Assembly (NCBI GenBank): GCA_963827435.1
Contig: CAWHAU010000020.1
Location: 89,999-153,998 of the forward strand
Reading direction: 5' to 3'
Length of the DNA stretch: 64,000 nt
Source of the DNA: an uncultured Actinomycetota bacterium
Lineage (GTDB): Bacteria > Actinomycetota > Actinomycetes > Propionibacteriales > Nocardioidaceae
In this document: in pieces, positions 20,762 to 33,581 of the stretch
Layout: each line of letters opens with the position of its first letter
Numbering within the stretch: the stretch's first letter is position 1
Translations under genes and position numbers: made by a program
The notes under the pieces: model-generated
Seen by the model: only the letters and a program-made list of their open reading frames with translations
Told to the model about the DNA's origin: nothing
The model's database searches: none

Positions 20762-21388
20762 GTGCCAGACATCAGAGAGACCGAAATGAACGGTGGCGGC
20801 TCGGCGTACGGGCTCGACGACCACATCTACCAGCGGTTGCTCCGGGAGCGGATCATCTTCCTCGGCTCCGAGGTGCGCGACCAGAACGCCAACGCGATCT
20901 GCGCGCAGATGCTGCTGCTGTCCGCCGAGGACCCCGAGGCCGACATCTTCCTGCACATCAACAGCCCGGGTGGGTCGGTCGACTCCGGCATGGCGATCTA
21001 CGACACCATGAACTACATCCCCAACGACGTGGCGACCGTAGGCATGGGTCTGGCCGCCTCGATGGGTCAGTTCCTGCTCTGCGCCGGCGCCAAGGGCAAG
21101 CGTTATGCCCTTCCGCACGCGCGGATCATGATGCACCAGCCCTCGGGTGGCATGGGCGGCTCCGCCTCGGACATCAAGATCCAGGCCCAGCAGTCGCTGC
21201 ACATCAAGAAGGTGCTCTTCGAGCTCATCGCGCAGCACACCGGCCAGACCGTCGAGCAGGTCGAGACCGACGCCGACCGGGACCGCTGGTTCACTGCGGG
21301 GCAGGCCAAGGAGTACGGCTTCATCGACAACGTGATCTCGAGCGCCCGCCAGGTCGCCGACGAGGGCCGCCCGGCCCGCAACAAGTGA
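20762..21388 (+). CDS. clpP1: ATP-dependent Clp protease proteolytic subunit 1
   Basis: [28 protein letters not shown] and IMMHQP motifs; start chosen at the likely leaderless GTG. Confidence 0.95.
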   Translation: MPDIRETEMNGGGSAYGLDDHIYQRLLRERIIFLGSEVRDQNANAICAQMLLLSAEDPEADIFLHINSPGGSVDSGMAIYDTMNYIPNDVATVGMGLAASMGQFLLCAGAKGKRYALPHARIMMHQPSGGMGGSASDIKIQAQQSLHIKKVLFELIAQHTGQTVEQVETDADRDRWFTAGQAKEYGFIDNVISSARQVADEGRPARNK

Positions 21389-21397
21389 GGGGCTGAG

Positions 21398-22084
21398 ATG
21401 ACCAGCACGCACATCCCGGGCCTGGGCATGGGCCCCGGCCCGTCCGGCAAGGCGGCCGACGTCGCCTCGCCGAGCATGAACTACTACATCCCGCAGTGGG
21501 AGGAGCGGACGTCGTACGGCTTCCGCCGCATCGACCCCTACGGCAAGCTCTTCGAGGACCGGATCATCTTCCTCGGCACCCCGATCAGCGACGACATCGC
21601 CAACGCGGTGATGGCCCAGCTGCTCTGCCTGGAGTCGATGGACCCCGACCGGGACATCCAGATCTACATCAACAGCCCCGGCGGCTCGTTCACCGCGCTG
21701 ACCGCGATCTACGACACCATGCGGTTCGTCAAGCCCGACATCCAGACCGTGTGCCTGGGTCAGGCGGCCTCGGCGGCGGCGATCCTGCTCGCGGCCGGTG
21801 CGCCCGGCAAGCGGCTCGCGCTGCCGAACAGCCGGATCCTGATCCACCAGCCCTACACCGAGGGCACCTACGGCCAGGCCTCCGACATCGAGATCCAGGC
21901 CAACGAGATCCTCCGGATGCGCGACCTGCTCGAGAAGATGATCGCCGAGCACTCCGGCAAGGACGTCGAGCAGGTCAGCCGCGACATCGACCGGGACAAG
22001 ATCCTGACCGCGGAGGCCGCCGTCGAGTACGGCCTGATCGACGCGATCCTGGAGTCCCGCAAGGGCACCCTGGCACCAGCGTGA
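21398..22084 (+). CDS. clpP2: ATP-dependent Clp protease proteolytic subunit 2
   Basis: DPYGKLFEDRIIFLG, INSPGGS, GQAASAAA and ILIHQP motifs. Confidence 0.95.
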   Translation: MTSTHIPGLGMGPGPSGKAADVASPSMNYYIPQWEERTSYGFRRIDPYGKLFEDRIIFLGTPISDDIANAVMAQLLCLESMDPDRDIQIYINSPGGSFTALTAIYDTMRFVKPDIQTVCLGQAASAAAILLAAGAPGKRLALPNSRILIHQPYTEGTYGQASDIEIQANEILRMRDLLEKMIAEHSGKDVEQVSRDIDRDKILTAEAAVEYGLIDAILESRKGTLAPA

Positions 22085-22244
22085 ACACCTCCCTCGTCTC
22101 CGACGGGTCAGTCCCCAGCGGGGACGAGGGAGTCGCCGTGTCCTGTCCCATTTGGGGGCGCGACGGGGTACCTTCGAGTTCGAGGAAAGCAAGCCGCAAA
22201 GCAGCCGGTGGGACGTCCGGCCTGAATCGTGAGGAGCCGTGCCT

Positions 22245-23528
<1,284 letters not shown>

Positions 23529-23552
23529 ACGCGCACGCCCGGCACGCACGCT

Positions 23553-23628
23553 GGCTGCGTTCGTCGTCGCTCGACGGAGCCCGCTCCGCCTTCGCTCCTC
23601 CGCCTTGCCATCGCACGCACCGGACGCC
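23553..23628. repeat. REP-like intergenic palindromic element, copy A
   Basis: gcgttcgtcgtcgctcgacggagcccgctccgccttcgctcctccgccttgcc closely resembles the sequence at 25682-25733. Confidence 0.7.
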
Positions 23629-23702
23629 GCTCAGCGACGGTCCATCGGCGGCCCGCGAAAATCGCGGTTCGCCCGGCTGGGCTCGCTGGCTAGGCTCGGC
23701 GG

Positions 23703-25629
23703 GTGACCTCCGACTCCACCGCTCCCGTGCCGCTGTCCCTGTCCGTCCTCCGACTGGGAGGGGTGGCTCGCCGAGCGCTGCGACGGCCAGCTGGACCAGG
23801 CCCGTGCCCACGTCGAGACCCTCCGGCAGGGCGGCCACGACTCCGCGGGTGTGCTGGCGCTCTGGAACGACCTCAACCTCGCCCTGCACAACGCCTTCGC
23901 GGCCGCCGGGCTGTTCGCGAACGTGCACCCCGAGGAGGGCGTCCGGACCCGCGCCGAGCAGGCCGAGCAGGACGCGCAGCGGCTGCTGACCGAGATCGGG
24001 CTCGACCGCGAGCTCTACGACGTGCTGGCCGGCGTCGACCCGCAGGAGCTCGACGAGGGCGGCCGCCGGGTGCACGCGCTGGCGCTGCGGGACTTCCGCC
24101 GGGCCGGCGTGGACCAGGACGAGGACGTCCGCAGCCGGCTGCGCGAGCTCTCCGAGCGGGAGACCGCGGTCGCCCAGGAGTTCGCCAAGAACATCCGCGA
24201 CGGTGTCCGCTCGATCAGCGTCGACCCCGCGGCGCTCGAGGGGCTGCCGGCCGACTTCGTCGCGAGCCACCCGGCGGGCGACGACGGCAAGGTCGTCATC
24301 ACCACCGACAACCCGGACTACCTGCCGTTCTCGACCTTCTGCCGTGACCGGGACGCCCGGGCGGCGCTGATGCAGGAGTACCTCAACCGCGCCTGGCCGG
24401 AGAACGACGCCCTCCTGCACGAGCTGCTGGAGCTGCGCCGCGAGCACGCCCGGCTGCTCGGCTACGACGGTTGGCCGTCCTACGACGCCGAGGTGAAGAT
24501 GATCGGCAAGGGCGCGGCGATCCCGGAGTTCGTGGACCGGATCACCGACGTCTCCACGACGGCGGCCCGCCGCGACTTCGACGTGCTGCTGACCCGCCTG
24601 CAGCAGGACCACCCGGAGCTGACCACCGTCGACAACGTCGACAAGCTGTTCTACTCCGAGGTGCTGCGCCGCGAGCGGTTCGACGTGGACGCCCAGCAGA
24701 CCCGGGCCTACTTCGACTTCACAAAGGTGCGGGCCGGGCTGCTCGAGGTGACCGGCCGGCTCTTCGACGTGGAGTACGTCGAGGTCACCGACGCCCCGAC
24801 GTGGCACGAGGACGTGGCGACGTACGACGTGCTGCGGGGTGGCGCACGGATCGGCCGGATCCGGCTCGACCTGCACCCGCGGAAGGGGAAGTACGGTCAC
24901 GCGGCGCAGTTCGACCTGGCCCCGGGCATCAAGGACCGCCAGGTCGCCGAGGGCGTGCTGGTCTGCAACTTCTCCAAGGCACTGATGGAGCACGACCACG
25001 TGGTCACCCTGTTCCACGAGTTCGGGCACCTGCTGCACCACGTGCTGGCCAGCGGGCACGCGTGGACCCGCTTCTCCGGCGTCGCGACCGAGTGGGACTT
25101 CGTCGAGGCCCCGTCGCAGATGCTCGAGGAGTGGGCGTGGGACGCCGACGTGCTGCGGTCGTTCGCGACGAACGCGGACGGTGAGCCGATCCCGCGCGAG
25201 CTGGTCGCCAAGATGCGTGCGGCCAAGGACTTCGGCAAGGGGCTCTACGCCCGCACCCAGATGTTCTACGCCGCGCTGTCCTACACGCTGCACCAGGACG
25301 TGCCCGCCGACATCACCGCCACCATGCGCGAGCTCCAGGCGAAGTACGACGTCTTCGGCTACGTCCCCGACACGCACTGGTTCGCGGCGTTCGGGCACCT
25401 CGAGGGCTACGGGTCCGGCTACTACACGTACATGTGGAGCCTGGTCATCGCGAAGGACCTGTTCTCCGCGTTCGACCGGGACGACCTGTTCGCGACCGAC
25501 GTCGCCCACCGCTACCGCGACCGGGTGCTGGCCGCCGGCGGCAGCAAGGACGCCGCCGACCTGGTCGAGGACTTCCTCGGCCGGCCCTACGGCTTCGAGT
25601 CGTTCCAGCGCTGGCTCGACCGGGTCTAG
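23703..25629 (+). CDS. M3-family metallopeptidase (thimet oligopeptidase-like), frame break near 23745
   Basis: LDLHPRKGKYGHAA, TLFHEFGH, DFVEAPSQMLEEW and GYYTYMWS motifs; TAGGCT-N6-GTG start. Confidence 0.9.
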
Positions 25630-25681
25630 GGCCCGTCTCTCGCACCTGCCGCGGCGTCCGCGGCCCCGCATCCCGACCGGC

Positions 25682-25757
25682 GGCGTTGTCGGCGCTCGGC
25701 GCAGCCCGCTGCGCTCTCGCACCTCCGCCTTGCCGGACCGGGCGCGGAGGCCACGCC
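25682..25757. repeat. REP-like intergenic palindromic element, copy B
   Basis: gcgttgtcggcgctcggcgcagcccgctgcgctctcgcacctccgccttgcc; same orientation as copy A, with a compensatory stem change. Confidence 0.7.
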
Positions 25758-25806
25758 CGCTGACGCGGCATCTGCTCGAGACGCGCCCTGCGCGGCCCCG
25801 CGCCGG

Positions 25807-28435
25807 TCAGGCGTCGGGGGAGGGCGCGATCTCGGCGCGGACGGTCAGGGTGTCCGCGTCGGTGGGGGTGAAGGTCAGGTCACCGACGATCTTGCCGGCG
25901 GCCTTGAGGTCGTCCGACGCGCGCTCGGCGAGCGCGAGGGCGGCCGACGGGCCGGACACCTCGGCGTGCGTCAGCTCGGTGCGCATGGACACCTTGGCGG
26001 TGGACTTGGCGCCCCGGATCCCGGCCAGCGTCGCGGCGACCGCGGTGAGCATGGCCGGGTCGGCGGAGGCCGCCGAGCCGAGCTCCGAGGCCGTCGGCCA
26101 CGACTGCCGGTGGATCGACCCGTCCTGCCACCACGACCAGACCTCCTCGGTCACGTAGGGCAGGAACGGCGCCAGCAGCCGCAGCTGCACGTGCAGCGCG
26201 ATCGCGAGCGCGGCCTTGGCCGAGGCGGCGGCGTCGTCACCGCGCGCGCCGTACGCCCGCTCCTTGACCAGCTCGAGGTAGTCGTCGCAGAACTCCCAGA
26301 AGAACTTCTCGGTGACCTCGAGGGCGGTGGTGTAGTCGTAGGCCTCGAACGCCTCGGTGGCGCGCGCGACCGTCGCCGCGAGGCCGGCCAGCATCGCGCA
26401 GTCGACCGGCTCGCTGACCGCGGACGGCGTCACGGCCGTCGCGCCCACGCTGGACAGTGCGAACTTGGAGGCGTTGAGCACCTTCATCGCCAGCCGGCGG
26501 CCGACCTTCATCTGGGTCTCGTCGAACGGCGAGTCCAGGCCGGGACGGGCGGTGGCGGCGCGCCAGCGGACGGCGTCGGCGCCGAACTTGTCCAGGATCT
26601 CGGTCGGCACGACCGCGTTGCCCTTGGACTTGCTCATCTTCTTGCGGTCCGGGTCGACGATGAAGCCCGAGATCAGCGCGTGCGACCACGGCACGACGTG
26701 GTTCTCGTGGTGCGCGCGGACCACCCGGGAGAACAGCCAGGTGCGGATGATGTCGTGCGCCTGCGTGGCCAGGTCCATCGGGAAGACCCGCTGGAACAGG
26801 TCGTCGTCGGTCTCCCAGCCGCCGGCGATGTGCGGCGTCAGCGACGACGTCGCCCAGGTGTCCATGATGTCCGGGTCGCCGAGGAAGCCGCCGGCCTTGC
26901 CGCGCTGGTCCTCGGTGTAGCCGTGGGGCACGTCGGTGGAGGGATCGATCGGCAGCTCGGCCTCGGCGGGAAGCAGCGGGTGCTCGTAGTCGGGCTCGCC
27001 GTCCTCGTCGAGGGGGTACCAGACCGGGAACGGGATGCCGAAGAACCGCTGGCGTGAGATCAGCCAGTCGCCGTTCAGGCCGTCGACCCAGTTGGTGTAG
27101 CGGTGCCGCATGTGCGCCGGCACCCAGCGGATCTCGCCGCCGCGGTCGATCAGCTCACGGCGCAGCTCGGTGTCGCGGCCGCCGTTCTTGATGTACCACT
27201 GGCGGGTCGAGACGATCTCGAGCGGCTTGTCGCCCTTCTCGTAGAAGTTCGTCATCCGCTGCGTCGGCGTCGGCTCGCCCTCCAGGTCGCCGCTCTCGCG
27301 GAGCAGCCCGACCATCGCCTCGCGGGCGCTGAACGTGGTCTTCCCGGCCAGCTCGGCGTACGCCGACGCGGCCGGCTCGGCCGACAGCCACTCCGGCGTC
27401 TCGCGGTGCAGCCGGCCGTCGCGGCCGATGACCGTGCGCACCGGCAGCCGCAGCTCGCGCCACCAGGTCACGTCGGTGAGGTCGCCGAACGTGCAGCACA
27501 TCGCGATGCCCGCGCCCTTGTCGGGCTCGGCGGCGGCGTGCGCCATCACCGGGATCTCCACGCCGAACACCGGCGAGGTCACGGTGGTGCCGAACAGGCT
27601 CTGGTAGCGCTCGTCGTCGGGGTGCGCGATGAGCGCGACGACGGCCGGGATCAGCTCGGGGCGGGTGGTCTCGATGTGCAGCGGCTCGGGACCGTCGGTC
27701 GGCACGGTGGAACGCGACCCGGTGGTAGGCGCCGGCGTACTCACGCGCCTCCAGCTCGGCCTGGGCGACGGCGGTCTGGAAGGTGACGTCCCACAGGGTG
27801 GGCGACTCCTGGAGGTAGGCCTCGCCGCGGGCGAAGTTGCGGAGGAACGCCCGCTGCGACACGGTCTGCGACTTCTTGCCGACCGTCGTGTAGGTCTGCT
27901 TCCAGTCGACGGAGAGGCCCAGGGTGCGCCACAGCGACTCGAAGAGCTGCTCGTCCTGCTCCACGAGCTTCTCGCACAGCTCGACGAAGTTCGGGCGGCT
28001 GACCGGCACCTGCCGCTTGGGGTCCGGCTTCTCCGGCGGCGTGAAGTCGGCGTCGTAGGGCAGCGACGGGTCGCAGCGCACGCCGTAGAAGTTCTGCACC
28101 CGGCGCTCGGTCGGCAGGCCGTTGTCGTCCCAGCCCATCGGGTAGAACACCTCGAGGCCGCGCATCCGCTTGAAGCGGGCGATCAGGTCGGTGTGCGTGT
28201 AGGAGAAGACGTGGCCGACGTGCAGCGAGCCCGACACGGTCGGGGGCGGGGTGTCGATCGAGAAGATCTGCTCCCGCGTCTTGGACCGGTCGAAGGCGTA
28301 GGTGTCGTCGGCCTTCCAGCGCGCTGCCCAGGTCTGCTCGAGCCCCTCCAGCGCGGGCTTGTCCGGTACGACGACGGCGCGGCCGGTGGCCTGCGTCGTC
28401 TCGGACAGGTCGCGGGTGAAGGACTCGGTCGTCAT
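25807..28435 (-). CDS. valS: Valyl-tRNA synthetase, frame break near 27700
   Basis: [42 protein letters not shown] and KMSKS motifs across two ORFs. Confidence 0.95.
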
Positions 28436-28533
28436 AGCCGGAAATCCTACGTTCCGGCCGCATCGGGCCGCGAACCCGTTCCGCCCGGGCGGGCCGCGGG
28501 CGTGGCGTTCGTGAACCGTAGACTCGCGGCACG

Positions 28534-29902
28534 ATGTCCGACACCCCCATCCCCGCGTCCGTGAGCACCTACGCCGAGGCCGAGCGGGCCCTGCTCGCCC
28601 GGTGGCCGGAGTCGCGGCTCGAGCCGTCGCTCGACCGGATCGCCGCCTTCACCGAGCTGCTCGGCGAGCCGCAGCGCAGCTACCCGGTCATCCACCTGAC
28701 CGGCACGAACGGCAAGACCAGCACCTCGCGGATGATCGACACCCTGATCCGGGCCACCGGGCTGCGCACCGGCCGGTTCACCAGCCCGCACGTGGAGTCG
28801 ATGACCGAGCGGATCTCGGTCGACGGTGAGCCGCTGACCGAGGAGCAGTTCCTCGAGGCCTACCAGGACGTCGCGCCGCTGGCCGACCTGGCCGACCAGG
28901 ACGCCGTACACCCGCTGTCGTTCTTCGAGACGGTGGTGGGGATGGCCTACGCGGCGTTCGCGAACGCACCGGTCGACGCCGCGATCGTCGAGGTGGGCAT
29001 GGGCGGCTCCTGGGACGCCACCAACGTCGCGGACGCGACCGTCGCCGTGATCCTGCCGATCGCCGTGGACCACAGCGCCTACCTGGGCGGCTCACCGGTC
29101 GAGATCGCGCGGGAGAAGGCCGGGATCATCAAGCCCGGCTCCACCGTCGTGTCCGCCGTCCAGTCCGAGGACGTCGCCGCGGTGATCGCCGAGCGGGCGG
29201 CCGAGGTCGGCGCCGTCGTGCTCTGGGAGGGCCGCGACTTCGGCGTCGAGCACCGGGTGCCGGCCGTCGGCGGCCAGATGGTCCGGCTGCAGGGGCTGCG
29301 CGCGGCGTACGACGAGGTGTTCCTGCCGCTGCACGGCGCGCACCAGGCGCAGAACGCCGCCCTCGCGCTGGCGGCGGTCGAGGCGTTCCTGGGGGAGGAG
29401 CCGCTCGACGACGAGCTGGTCAAGGACGGCGTTCGCCGAGGTCACGTCGCCCGGCCGGCTCGAGGTGATCCGCCGTAGCCCGACGATCCTGCTCGACGCG
29501 GCGCACAACCCGCACGGCGCGGCCGCCACCGCGGACGCGATCGAGGACTCGTTCCTGCTCAACCCGCTCATCGGCGTCGTCGGGGTGATGGGCGACAAGG
29601 ACCACGAAGGCGTGCTCGCCGCGCTCGAGCCGGTGCTCGCCGCGGTGGTCTGCACCCAGGCCCGGACCCAGCGCGCGCTGCCGGCGGAGGAGCTCGCCGA
29701 GGTGGCGCGCGGGATCTTCGGCATCGACCGGGTGTACGTCGCACCGCGGCTCGAGGACGCCATCGACCAGGCCGCGACGCTCGCGGAGGAGGGCGGCGTG
29801 TTCGGCGAGGCGATCGGGTCCGGCGGCGTGCTGGTCACCGGCTCCGTGGTGACCGTCGGCGAGGCGCGGCGGATGCTCAAGCCGCGGGGACGTCAGGCGT
29901 GA
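28534..29902 (+). CDS. folC: Folylpolyglutamate synthase / dihydrofolate synthase, frame break near 29428
   Basis: GTNGKTS, FTSPH, EVGMGG..DATN, then [14 protein letters not shown] and VTGSVVTVG. Confidence 0.93.
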
Positions 29903-30312
29903 ACCGGTCGATCCGCCGGGCGATGTGCGCCGGCATGCTGGTGCTCCAGGCGGTCGTGCTGTTCCTGACCGGCGTGGTCACCATCGGGATGACCGACATC
30001 GGCGCGGTCGCGTCGTTGTCGCTCGGGCTCGGACTGGCCGTGCTGTGCGTGGTTGCGGCCGGGATGCTCGGCCGGCCGGGCGGCTACGCCCTGGGGTGGG
30101 CGGTGCAGGTCGTGTCGATCGGCCTCGGCTTCGTGGTGACCGCGATGTTCTTCCTCGGCGTGGTCTTCGGCGGGCTGTGGGCCACGGCGTACTTCCTCGG
30201 GATCAAGATCGACAGCGAGCGTGCCGAGCGGGCGGTCCTGGAGGAGGAGTGGCGCACGCGAGCACGGCGCGGCGCCCGGATCGCCCACCCCCAACGACAC
30301 GCCTTAGTCTGA
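29899..30312 (+). CDS. DUF4233-family membrane protein (3' end possibly shifted)
   Basis: Four hydrophobic segments; conserved position between folC and ndk (Rv2446c-like). Confidence 0.75.
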   Translation: MNRSIRRAMCAGMLVLQAVVLFLTGVVTIGMTDIGAVASLSLGLGLAVLCVVAAGMLGRPGGYALGWAVQVVSIGLGFVVTAMFFLGVVFGGLWATAYFLGIKIDSERAERAVLEEEWRTRARRGARIAHPQRHALV

Positions 30313-30317
30313 GCGGC

Positions 30318-30728
30318 ATGCCGACCCAGCGCACTCTCGTCCTGCTCAAGCCCGACACCGTCCGCCGCGGACTCGTGGGCAACGTGCTGTCCCGCTTCGA
30401 GGCCAAGGGCCTCTCGATCGTGGCCCTCGACCTCCGCACGATCGACGGTGCCAAGGCCGACGAGCACTACGCCGAGCACGTCGACAAGGACTTCTACCCG
30501 CCGCTGCGCGACTTCGTGACCTCGGGCCCGATGCTCGCCGCCGTGCTCGAGGGCGACGAGGCGGTCGAGGTGGTCCGGCTGATCAACGGCGCGACCGACG
30601 GCCGCAAGGCGGCGCCCGGCACCATCCGGGGCGACCTGTCCCTGTCCAACCGGGAGAACCTCGTGCACGGCTCGGACTCGGCGGAGTCGGCCGAGCGTGA
30701 GATCAAGATCTGGTTCCCGGAGCTGTGA
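30318..30728 (+). CDS. ndk: Nucleoside diphosphate kinase
   Basis: RTLVLLKPD, TSGP, APGTIRGD and NLVHGSDS motifs. Confidence 0.96.
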   Translation: MPTQRTLVLLKPDTVRRGLVGNVLSRFEAKGLSIVALDLRTIDGAKADEHYAEHVDKDFYPPLRDFVTSGPMLAAVLEGDEAVEVVRLINGATDGRKAAPGTIRGDLSLSNRENLVHGSDSAESAEREIKIWFPEL

Positions 30729-30834
30729 CGCGGTGAGTGCGGGGGAGCGGCTCGGCGTCGGCACTGCGACGCCGACGTGACGTGCATCGGTCGCGAGGCG
30801 GGACGACGTGGGTGCGCGCCGCCGAGCGGGTGCG

Positions 30835-31515
30835 GTGAGCACGCCGCTCTCGCCCACCGAGCGCAGCACCCCGCGCCGCGAGAAGGAGCGGGCCCAGACC
30901 GACCGCGCCACCCTGTACGACGTCCTGGCGACCGCCCTGGTCTGCCACCTCGCGGTCGTCGTGGACGGGGTGCCGCTCGCCCTGCCGACGGTGTTCGGCG
31001 TCGACCTCGACGGACCGGACGAGGGCGGCACCGTCTACCTGCACGGCTCGGTCGCCTCCCAGAGCCTGGTGCAGGGACCGGCGCAGGACGTGAGCGTCAC
31101 CTGGACCGTGCTCGACGGCATCGTGCTCGCCCGGTCCGGCTTCAACCACTCGATGAACTACCGCTCCGCCGTCGTCATCGGCCGGCCCCGCGTGGTCACC
31201 GACGCCGACGAGCGCTCGCACGCCCTGGACCTGCTCGTCGAGCACGCCGCCCCCGGCCGGGTCGCGACGCTGCGGCGGCCGACCCGCAAGGAGCTCGCGG
31301 CCACCACGGTGCTCGCGCTGCCGCTGCACGAGGCCTCGGTCAAGCGGCGCGACGGGGACCCGTCCGACGAGGACGAGGACGTCGAGGCCGGCGGCGTGTG
31401 GGCCGGGGTGGTGCCGCTGCGCACGGTCGCGGGGGAGCCGGTGACCGGCGCGGACGTCGGCGGGATCGACGTACCGGAGCACGTGGTGGAGCGGGTGCGG
31501 TCGCTCAACGAGTGA
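30835..31515 (+). CDS. Pyridoxamine 5'-phosphate oxidase-like flavin-binding protein
   Basis: VYLHGS, LDGIVLARSGFNHSMNYRSAVVIG and WAGVVPL motifs (NimA/PNPOx-like family). Confidence 0.87.
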   Translation: MSTPLSPTERSTPRREKERAQTDRATLYDVLATALVCHLAVVVDGVPLALPTVFGVDLDGPDEGGTVYLHGSVASQSLVQGPAQDVSVTWTVLDGIVLARSGFNHSMNYRSAVVIGRPRVVTDADERSHALDLLVEHAAPGRVATLRRPTRKELAATTVLALPLHEASVKRRDGDPSDEDEDVEAGGVWAGVVPLRTVAGEPVTGADVGGIDVPEHVVERVRSLNE

Positions 31516-31629
31516 CCCGTGTGGCGCGCGTGTCCTCCGGGGCTGGAGGGGCTCCCGCTCTTAGTCTGTGGCGGGGAGCGGTGGCGCCGTCTCTCCCGTC
31601 GACTCGACCACGAACCCCAGGGACCGCGC

Positions 31630-32655
31630 ATGGCGAACAGCTTCATCGGCCGCGACATGGCCGTGGACCTCGGCACCGCCAACACGCTCGTCTACGTGCG
31701 CGGCAAGGGCGTCCTGCTCGACGAGCCGTCGGTGGTGGCGCTGAACGCCTCCACCAGCGAGATCCTCGCCGTCGGCCACGAGGCGAAGCGGATGATCGGC
31801 CGCACGCCCGACAACATCACCGCGATCCGGCCGCTCAAGGACGGCGTGATCGCGGACTTCGACTCGACCGAGCAGATGCTCCGGTTCTTCATCCAGCAGG
31901 TGCACCGCCGGCGCTACTTCGCCAAGCCCCGGCTGGTGATCTGCGTGCCGAGCGGCATCACCGCCGTCGAGCAGCGCGCGGTCAAGGAGGCCGGCTACCA
32001 GGCCGGCGCCCGCCGGGTCTACATCGTCGAGGAGCCGATGGCTGCCGCGATCGGCGCCGGGCTGCCCGTCCACGAGGCGACCGGCAACATGGTCGTCGAC
32101 GTCGGCGGGGGTACGACGGAGGTGGCCGTCATCTCGCTCGGCGGCATCGTCACCAGCCTGTCGATCCGCACCGCGGGCGACGACCTGGACCAGTCGATCA
32201 TCGCGTGGATGAAGAAGGAGTACTCCCTGATGCTCGGGGAGCGCACCGCCGAGGAGATCAAGATGACCCTCGGCTCGGCCTTCCCGCTCCCACAGGAGCC
32301 GGAGGCCGAGGTCCGCGGCCGCGACATGATCTCCGGGCTCCCGAAGACCGTCGTGGTCTCGTCGGCCGAGGTGCGGATGGCCCTCGAGGAGCCGCTGCAC
32401 GCGATCGTCGACGCGGTCCGGGCCACCCTCGACCAGACCCCGCCCGAGCTGGCCGGCGACATCATGGACCGCGGCCTCGTGCTCACCGGCGGCGGCGCCC
32501 TGCTCCGCGGCCTCGACGAGCGGCTCCGCCACGAGACCGGCATGCCCGTGCACATCGCCGAGGAGCCGCTGCGCTCGGTCGCGATGGGCGCCGGCAAGTG
32601 CGTCGAGGAGTTCGAGGCGCTGCAGCAGGTGCTCGTCTCGGAGCCCCGGCGGTAG
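31630..32655 (+). CDS. mreB: Rod shape-determining actin homolog MreB
   Basis: DLGTANT, RPLKDGVIADF, VDVGGGTT and LTGGGALL motifs. Confidence 0.97.
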   Translation: MANSFIGRDMAVDLGTANTLVYVRGKGVLLDEPSVVALNASTSEILAVGHEAKRMIGRTPDNITAIRPLKDGVIADFDSTEQMLRFFIQQVHRRRYFAKPRLVICVPSGITAVEQRAVKEAGYQAGARRVYIVEEPMAAAIGAGLPVHEATGNMVVDVGGGTTEVAVISLGGIVTSLSIRTAGDDLDQSIIAWMKKEYSLMLGERTAEEIKMTLGSAFPLPQEPEAEVRGRDMISGLPKTVVVSSAEVRMALEEPLHAIVDAVRATLDQTPPELAGDIMDRGLVLTGGGALLRGLDERLRHETGMPVHIAEEPLRSVAMGAGKCVEEFEALQQVLVSEPRR

Positions 32656-32666
32656 GTGCGACCGAC

Positions 32667-33581
32667 ATGCGACCGACTTCCCCCGGCCGGCGTCCCTCCC
32701 GTGCCGTCCTCGTCCTGCTCCTGCTCGCCTCGTTCACGCTGATCACGCTGGACGCCCGCGGCGGGGACGACTCACCGCTCGAGCCGGTGCGCTCCGCGAT
32801 GGGCGACGTGCTCGGCCCCGTCGAGAACGCCACCGCCGCGGCGGTGCGGCCGTTCACCGCGATCCCGGGCTTCTTCCGCACCACCGGCGGGCTGCGTCGC
32901 GACGTGGCGCGGCTCGAGGCGGAGAACTCCCAGCTCAGGGGCGAGCTCGCCGGCGTCTCCGTGGACCGCAACCGCGCCGCCGAGCTCGACGGTCTGCTGG
33001 CCACCTCGAAGACCACCGGCTACGCCCTGGTCCCGGCCCGCGTGGTCGCGATGGGACCCGCGCAGTCGTTCAGCCGCACCGTCACCATCGACGCCGGCAC
33101 CCGCGCGGGCATCCGCCCGGACATGACCGTGCTCAACAACGACGGGCTCGTCGGACGCGTGGTCCGCGCCGACCGGTCGACCGCCACCGTGCTGCTGCTC
33201 GTCGACCAGGACTCCGTCGTGGGCGGCCGGCTCGGCTCGAGCATGGAGGTCGGGCTGCTGCGCGGCCGCGGCGCCGTCGGCGGTGACGAGAAGCTCGATC
33301 TCGACCTCGTCGACCCGGCCGCGACCGTGAACCGGGACGACGTCCTGGTCACGTGGGGCAGCAAGAAGGGCGCGCCGTACGTCGCGGGCGTGCCGATCGG
33401 CCGGGTCACCGCCGTGTCCAGCACGCCGCGCCAGCAGTCGGTGCAGGCGGTCATCTCGCCGTACGTCGACTTCACCTCGCTCGACCTGGTCGGCGTGGTC
33501 GTGGACCGCGACACCAAGAGCGACCGCGCGGTGATCCGCGCCGGCTCGACCTCCACCGACTCCGGAGAGGGATCCCGCTGA
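32667..33581 (+). CDS. mreC: MreC
   Basis: N-terminal TM, coiled coil (LEAENSQLR), DAGTRAG...GLVGRV and VLVTWG; follows mreB. Confidence 0.92.
   Translation: MRPTSPGRRPSRAVLVLLLLASFTLITLDARGGDDSPLEPVRSAMGDVLGPVENATAAAVRPFTAIPGFFRTTGGLRRDVARLEAENSQLRGELAGVSVDRNRAAELDGLLATSKTTGYALVPARVVAMGPAQSFSRTVTIDAGTRAGIRPDMTVLNNDGLVGRVVRADRSTATVLLLVDQDSVVGGRLGSSMEVGLLRGRGAVGGDEKLDLDLVDPAATVNRDDVLVTWGSKKGAPYVAGVPIGRVTAVSSTPRQQSVQAVISPYVDFTSLDLVGVVVDRDTKSDRAVIRAGSTSTDSGEGSR

Noticed and set aside
30735-30830. Additional REP-like element after ndk
   Set aside because: A hairpin (cggcgtcg/cgacgccg) is present, but no second copy was found in the window, so it cannot be distinguished from a simple terminator.
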